From positions 8,156 through 38,811 of the forward strand of contig JBDGTY010000061.1 of assembly GCA_042216335.1 (NCBI GenBank): DNA of 30,656 bases, written 5' to 3'. The notes beneath the pieces are model-generated. The model saw only the letters and a list, made by a program, of their open reading frames with translations. It searched no databases and was not told where the DNA came from. The position numbers were made by a program, and so were the translations under genes. Each line of letters opens with the position of its first letter. The first letter of the stretch is position 1. This stretch comes from Candidatus Nanohalobium sp. GTDB lineage: Archaea; Nanohalarchaeota; Nanosalinia; Nanosalinales; Nanosalinaceae. Positions 26,389 through 30,656 of this stretch are shown here, piece by piece.

Positions 26389-28198
26389 AGAACTGCTCTA
26401 TCTCCTGCCACGGCGCCTTCGACTTCTTCAAACTTGTGCCTGGAGGAAATACTTTCCTGTAGTTGCTCCAGCTGTAGCGCTTGTCCATGTAGACGATGAC
26501 TCCCCGATCCTCCTTTGAACGTATACAGCGACCCGCCGCCTGTATCGCCCGGTTCATAGCAGGGTAAGAATAACCATAGTCCCATCCCTTCCCGAACTTC
26601 TCGTCCAGGAAGTCGATCAACGCCTTGGTTTCCAGATCCGGCCTCTGGAGAGGCAGTCCGATGATGAAAGCTGCCTTCAGTATCTCTCCTGGGAAGTCTA
26701 TTCCCTCTCCGAACGATCCGGCCGCTACGCCCAAAAGCAATCCGTCTCCGTCCTCCGACCTGTTCTTGAACTGCTTCAGCGTATCCTGTTTCTCTTCTTT
26801 TCCCATCCTCTGGGTTTCCGTGAATATCTTCCGGTCAGTCTTCCCCTTCAGCTCCTTTCTTATCTCTTTAAGCATGTTGTAGCTGGGGAAGAAGACTGCG
26901 GCGTTTCCGGGGACTGCCTCCAGTGATTTGTTGAGTATCCATGTGTACTTCTGTGTCATCGACTCGCCTCTTTCCTCGTACTTTGTCGTCAGGCTGGGCA
27001 CGACAAGTTCTTCCTTGTTCTCCTGGGGGAACGGCGAGCCGAACTCCTGTGTATGCGTCAGGTTCTCTTCAAGTCCGAGAAGGTCGACGTACATCTTCGG
27101 AGGTGTCAATGTTCCCGACATCAGTATGCTGGAGTGCGATGCGTTCAACGGTTTCTCCGTCGATATCTGTGGGTTGAGGCAGCTGTACTGGATCTTGACC
27201 TCTTCCTTCTCCCTCTTTATGCAGCGGACGAATCCCTCGTCTTTACCTTTCCACTTCTCCATCGCCTCCTCCAGCTGACGGCAGAAAGACTTCTCCTGCT
27301 CCTGTTCGACCTCATCGGCCACGTCCCGCATCTCGACCTTTAACTCCTCGAAGCTGTGGAAGCTGTCAACCAGCGTCACAAGGTCCCTTTTGTCTATCTC
27401 CTTCTCGAAGCTGTCCTGCCCCAGCTCATTCCTTGACATCCTGAATAATTCTTCCCTGAACTGGTCGAGATACTCCTGCTCCTGGTAGTACCCGAACTTT
27501 TCAGTCTCGGTCTTGCACCGCTCCAGTAAACCTGTCGATATAGTTGCAGAAAAGAGTGAGCGTGTTCTGGAAGGCATGTTGTGTGCCTCGTCAACCACGA
27601 TGATCGAGTCCTCAAGCTTGGTCTCGGCCTTCTCAAGTACAATGTCCCGAACTGCGGGGTGGAATACATGAAAGTAGTCTCCGATTATCAGATCAGCCTC
27701 CTTCGTCATGTGAAGCAATATCTGGTATGGACAGACTGCGTTACACTCTCGCTTCACCTGCTCCGCGGAAAGATTGCGATACTTCAAACTATCGAGTTTT
27801 TTCCTCGCCCTCTCCGTCAACTGGTGATTATTCATAGTCGCCTCATGCCGAGGACAATCCGGGCCTTTCCCGGCCCGAGTAGAGGAGTCTGCCTCACAGA
27901 GATGGTCCTTCCCGATCAGGTCTACGGCGATCAGGTTCTCTCCATGTCTCTCGTTGATATTCCTTACTGTTTCCAGCGCTATCTCGTGCTGGGAGTTCCT
28001 GGGGGTCAGGAAAAACGCTTTCTTATCGTTTCTGAGTCTTTCCTCCAGTGCAGGGGTCAGTGCGGCCGCTGTTTTTCCCAGGCCGGTCGGAGCATGTGTT
28101 ACAAGGTTCTCTCCGTTTTCTATCACTGTTTCGACTTTTTCCAGCATCTCTTCCTGTTTTTCCCGTTTCTCTGTGAATGGGAAGAGGTCGATATCCAT
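26381..28198 (-). CDS. xpd: XPD/Rad3/DinG-family Fe-S DNA helicase
   Basis: APTGLGKT, DEAHN, SGTL, FFPSY, EGIDF and QAAGRCIRS; Cys ligands in HLC, DCP and ECNAVCPY. Confidence 0.93.
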   Translation of the reverse strand: MDIDLFPFTEKREKQEEMLEKVETVIENGENLVTHAPTGLGKTAAALTPALEERLRNDKKAFFLTPRNSQHEIALETVRNINERHGENLIAVDLIGKDHLCEADSSTRAGKGPDCPRHEATMNNHQLTERARKKLDSLKYRNLSAEQVKRECNAVCPYQILLHMTKEADLIIGDYFHVFHPAVRDIVLEKAETKLEDSIIVVDEAHNMPSRTRSLFSATISTGLLERCKTETEKFGYYQEQEYLDQFREELFRMSRNELGQDSFEKEIDKRDLVTLVDSFHSFEELKVEMRDVADEVEQEQEKSFCRQLEEAMEKWKGKDEGFVRCIKREKEEVKIQYSCLNPQISTEKPLNASHSSILMSGTLTPPKMYVDLLGLEENLTHTQEFGSPFPQENKEELVVPSLTTKYEERGESMTQKYTWILNKSLEAVPGNAAVFFPSYNMLKEIRKELKGKTDRKIFTETQRMGKEEKQDTLKQFKNRSEDGDGLLLGVAAGSFGEGIDFPGEILKAAFIIGLPLQRPDLETKALIDFLDEKFGKGWDYGYSYPAMNRAIQAAGRCIRSKEDRGVIVYMDKRYSWSNYRKVFPPGTSLKKSKAPWQEIEQFFK

Positions 28199-28279
28199 GT
28201 TTTGAGGTTGGTGTGAAGTAATAAAAATTGGAGAAAGCTGTCCAAATAGTTTAAAACAGTCTTTCCTGTATAGTTACAC

Positions 28280-29188
28280 ATGAGTCTTCAGGCCGTTGAG
28301 GAGATCGATGATGCGATCCAGCGAACGAAGGATATCGTTCTGCCGTTCGACTTCATGACCTGGACGAGGCTGGCTGTTATCTCGATCTTTCTCGGCGGTA
28401 TAGGTTTCTTCAACATCTTCACTAACATGCCGACAGGCTTCCAGAATACCAGCCAGTACGGTGGATCCGGAGCTATGACGGGTATGGCGACGGCTGCCCC
28501 GGCAGTAAGCAATGCAGTGCTTCTTGCAGTCGCAGGCATCTTCGCCCTGGGGTTCCTTGTCTTCATGTATCTGGGTTCGGTCTTCCGGTTCGTGATGTTC
28601 CGCAGCCTACGGGAGAAAGAGGTCAAGGTCCGTAAAAACATCGGAAGACACTACGTGGACGGCTTCAAGTACTTCCTGTTCCAGATAGGCATGTTTATGC
28701 TAATGGCGGCGGTTTTCATAGGTTGGATCGCATCGTTCGCGGCCTCGCCTCTACTGGGAGGTTTGATGCTTCTACCAGCTATACCACTGTTCATAATCCT
28801 TGCGGTATTTGGCGGTATAGTTCACGACTTTGCTCTCCAGAGAGCCATAGAGTTCGATGAGGGATTCATCGCCTCGATCAGGAAAGCTGCTTCCACTGTA
28901 ACAGGGGACTGGAAGCAGTTTGGAGGCTATCTACTGTTCAGGATAATCGTATCATGGGCGATCGCCATCATGGGATTCTTCGTGTTCATAACAGTCAGCT
29001 TAGTACTGGCTATTCCATTCATAATCCTGGGGGCACTGATGTATGCGCTCAGTCCTGTAGTGGTCTGGCCTGTAGCGATCATCGGCATACTGGTCTGGAC
29101 TGTGGCACTGCTCTACGCAAACGTGCCTTTCAGGGTCTACCTGTACAGCTACTTCGTGGAGCTCTACGATGCATTCATGGAAAACTAG
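28280..29188 (+). CDS. uncharacterised multi-pass membrane protein (archaeal 'WxRLAxI' type)
   Basis: About 6 TM segments; N-terminus AVEEIDDAIQRTK...W.RLAVI is typical of a haloarchaeal membrane family. Confidence 0.75.
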   Translation: MSLQAVEEIDDAIQRTKDIVLPFDFMTWTRLAVISIFLGGIGFFNIFTNMPTGFQNTSQYGGSGAMTGMATAAPAVSNAVLLAVAGIFALGFLVFMYLGSVFRFVMFRSLREKEVKVRKNIGRHYVDGFKYFLFQIGMFMLMAAVFIGWIASFAASPLLGGLMLLPAIPLFIILAVFGGIVHDFALQRAIEFDEGFIASIRKAASTVTGDWKQFGGYLLFRIIVSWAIAIMGFFVFITVSLVLAIPFIILGALMYALSPVVVWPVAIIGILVWTVALLYANVPFRVYLYSYFVELYDAFMEN

Positions 29189-30363
29189 AAATCCGCGATG
29201 CTGGCCTGGCGGCTCCCGATCATCTTAGACTTCTTCTTTAACCTGTTGTACAGGAACTTGAACTCTCCGCTGATCCTGAACTTCGCATCCTCGAAAGTAT
29301 CAAGAACTTCAGGTTCGTTACCGAAAGCGTTCCTGACGGTCTCTCTTATTACCCAGACTCCGAGCGGTGCCCAGTACTCGGGGGTTACCTCACGCAGAAC
29401 AAGCACCTTGGCCTGACGCTGCCTATCCCTCAGATGCTCAAGAGCTCCCAAACGGGCAGCGTAGAAAGCTCCCGAGGTCTCATCCGCGTACTCCGTCCTG
29501 CCGGAGAAGCCTTCATGGTTCTGGCCGATGTACGTGTTCTTCATAGCGTTCCAGACCGATCCCGGCCGCTTCATCTCTATCAACTCGTACTCCCACCGAC
29601 CAGGGATGAGAAAGATGTGGAAGTCGTTGCCGACGTACGAGTTCCTGTAGTACTCTATCTGGCCGAGCTGCTGGTACTGCTTGACCTCTTCCCTAATATT
29701 CTTCGAGATAATGTCGTCTGTCGCGGTGATACTCCACCTCGTCGGCACCAGCTCCTGGTTATCCTCCTCCCCCAGCATGCCTGTGGAGAAGCTCTGCAAG
29801 ATCTTGTAGTTGTCAACTCCTTTCCCGTGAAGCTCTCTTACCGCGTTCTCTGCCTTCAGGTCGGTGTCGTAGAACGCCTTCTCCACCTTCTTCTCCACGG
29901 TAGGGTTCTCACCCAGCAGGAAATCCTTCACGTCTCCTGATGCGGAAACCGGTTTCACCCTTCCTCCTGAGATACTGGCGCCCGGCTTCTTCTCCAGCTC
30001 CACCTCTACATCCACCGGTTTCCTGGCCATCGCCACCTCACGAGTATTAGTTACGAAGCCGTCCGTGTCATCCACCTGGAAACGCTTCTTCGAGTTGACC
30101 AGTGAAGTCCGCAGGGACGCGATCTTCTCGATACTGAAATCGCTGTCGTACCATTCTCGCGGTGAATCCATCATCTCCGAACTACCCAGATGTTGAGGAG
30201 AGAGGACGCCGGTGTTAACCTTCGGATAGTTATGTGAACCGATGAAGACGCTCGGGGTCTTGCCCTGGAAATGCTTCTTCCTGTTACTGGAAGGCATCAC
30301 TCGTTGAAGCCTCTTCTTCGCATCCTCCTCGGAGACACCTTTTGCGAGTTTTCCGTATCCCAT
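29185..30363 (-). CDS. nreA: DNA repair protein NreA with C-terminal PIP box
   Basis: PSVFIG..NYPKV, LVPTRWSITATDD, GAFYAARL and YWAPLGVWVIRETVR; C-terminal QASIADF. Confidence 0.93.
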   Translation of the reverse strand: MGYGKLAKGVSEEDAKKRLQRVMPSSNRKKHFQGKTPSVFIGSHNYPKVNTGVLSPQHLGSSEMMDSPREWYDSDFSIEKIASLRTSLVNSKKRFQVDDTDGFVTNTREVAMARKPVDVEVELEKKPGASISGGRVKPVSASGDVKDFLLGENPTVEKKVEKAFYDTDLKAENAVRELHGKGVDNYKILQSFSTGMLGEEDNQELVPTRWSITATDDIISKNIREEVKQYQQLGQIEYYRNSYVGNDFHIFLIPGRWEYELIEMKRPGSVWNAMKNTYIGQNHEGFSGRTEYADETSGAFYAARLGALEHLRDRQRQAKVLVLREVTPEYWAPLGVWVIRETVRNAFGNEPEVLDTFEDAKFRISGEFKFLYNRLKKKSKMIGSRQASIADF

Positions 30364-30399
30364 GGTTGAAAACTGTTACTCAAATCATAAGAACTAAAC

Positions 30400-30546
30400 G
30401 GGCTTGTAGTTCAACTGGGAGAACGTCTCCCTCGCAACTGCCGTAGCAGTTGGCAATACCTGAGGGTTCCAAAAAGAACCCTCTCCCACATCCAACTGAT
30501 CAGTTGGGAAAGGAGAAGGCTCCGGGTTCAAATCCCGGCGAGTCCA
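30400..30546 (+). tRNA. tRNA-Ala(CGC) with a 74-nt intron at 37/38 (intron 30437-30510); CCA not encoded
   Basis: Acceptor GGGCTTG/CGAGTCC+A with G3.U70; D stem GTTC/GAAC; anticodon arm TCTCC-CT-CGC-A[intron]A-GGAGA; T arm CCGGG-TTCAAAT-CCCGG. Confidence 0.95.
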
Positions 30547-30557
30547 TGCCTTCCACA

Positions 30558-30577
30558 TTCTTTCTTTGAGTTCTTTC
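30558..30577 (+). terminator. T-rich tract after tRNA-Ala, candidate terminator
   Basis: TTCTTTCTTTGAGTTCTTTC immediately downstream of the tRNA. Confidence 0.4.
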
Positions 30578-30600
30578 CAGTGTTGGTTTCCGTCGTGGGT

Positions 30601-30656
30601 TTAGTCGAAGTTCCAGATGGCGAGGATTACTGCTTTTGTGTTTTCTACATCGATGT
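30601..30656 (-). CDS. C-terminal end of an unidentified CDS entering from the right
   Basis: Open frame IDVENTKAVILAIWNFD followed by TAA at 30601-30603; too short to assign. Confidence 0.45.
   Translation of the reverse strand, partial: IDVENTKAVILAIWNFD

Noticed and set aside
1-30656. CRISPR array, IS/transposase, integrase, rRNA or replication origin
   Set aside because: No regularly spaced repeats, transposase or recombinase motifs, rRNA-like sequence, ORB repeats or cdc6 were seen by eye.

Overview
Gene-dense archaeal chromosome window. The acidic proteins, mostly leaderless-looking starts, GGTGA Shine-Dalgarno sites inside operons and intron-containing tRNAs point to a halophilic DPANN archaeon, probably Nanohaloarchaeota (taxonomy is inference). 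From left to right it contains: a minus-strand operon mixing tRNA-maturation genes (trm11-like, rnp4) with two paralogous lysylphosphatidylglycerol-synthase/flippase-like membrane proteins; a divergent operon of two GT4 glycosyltransferases and a DUF2070 membrane protein; an AT-richer patch with two frameshifted genes next to an intron-containing tRNA-Gly(UCC); and a Myb-like ORF followed by nop5, flpA and ribL. A complete but dispersed SUF system follows (sufT, sufB with a LAGLIDADG intein, sufD, sufS, sufU, sufC). It is interleaved with Lrp, MATE, TetR plus a split RND pair and COG1361, an alpha/beta hydrolase, an AbrB-VapC toxin-antitoxin pair and a DEDDh exonuclease pseudogene. The window ends with an XPD/Rad3 helicase, a membrane protein, nreA and an intron-containing tRNA-Ala(CGC). 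No CRISPR array, rRNA or transposase was seen. The best leads are a candidate lipid-remodelling module, two structured tRNA introns with shared motifs, the sufB intein, the TA pair coupled to sufU and a kb-scale flip in synonymous base bias.
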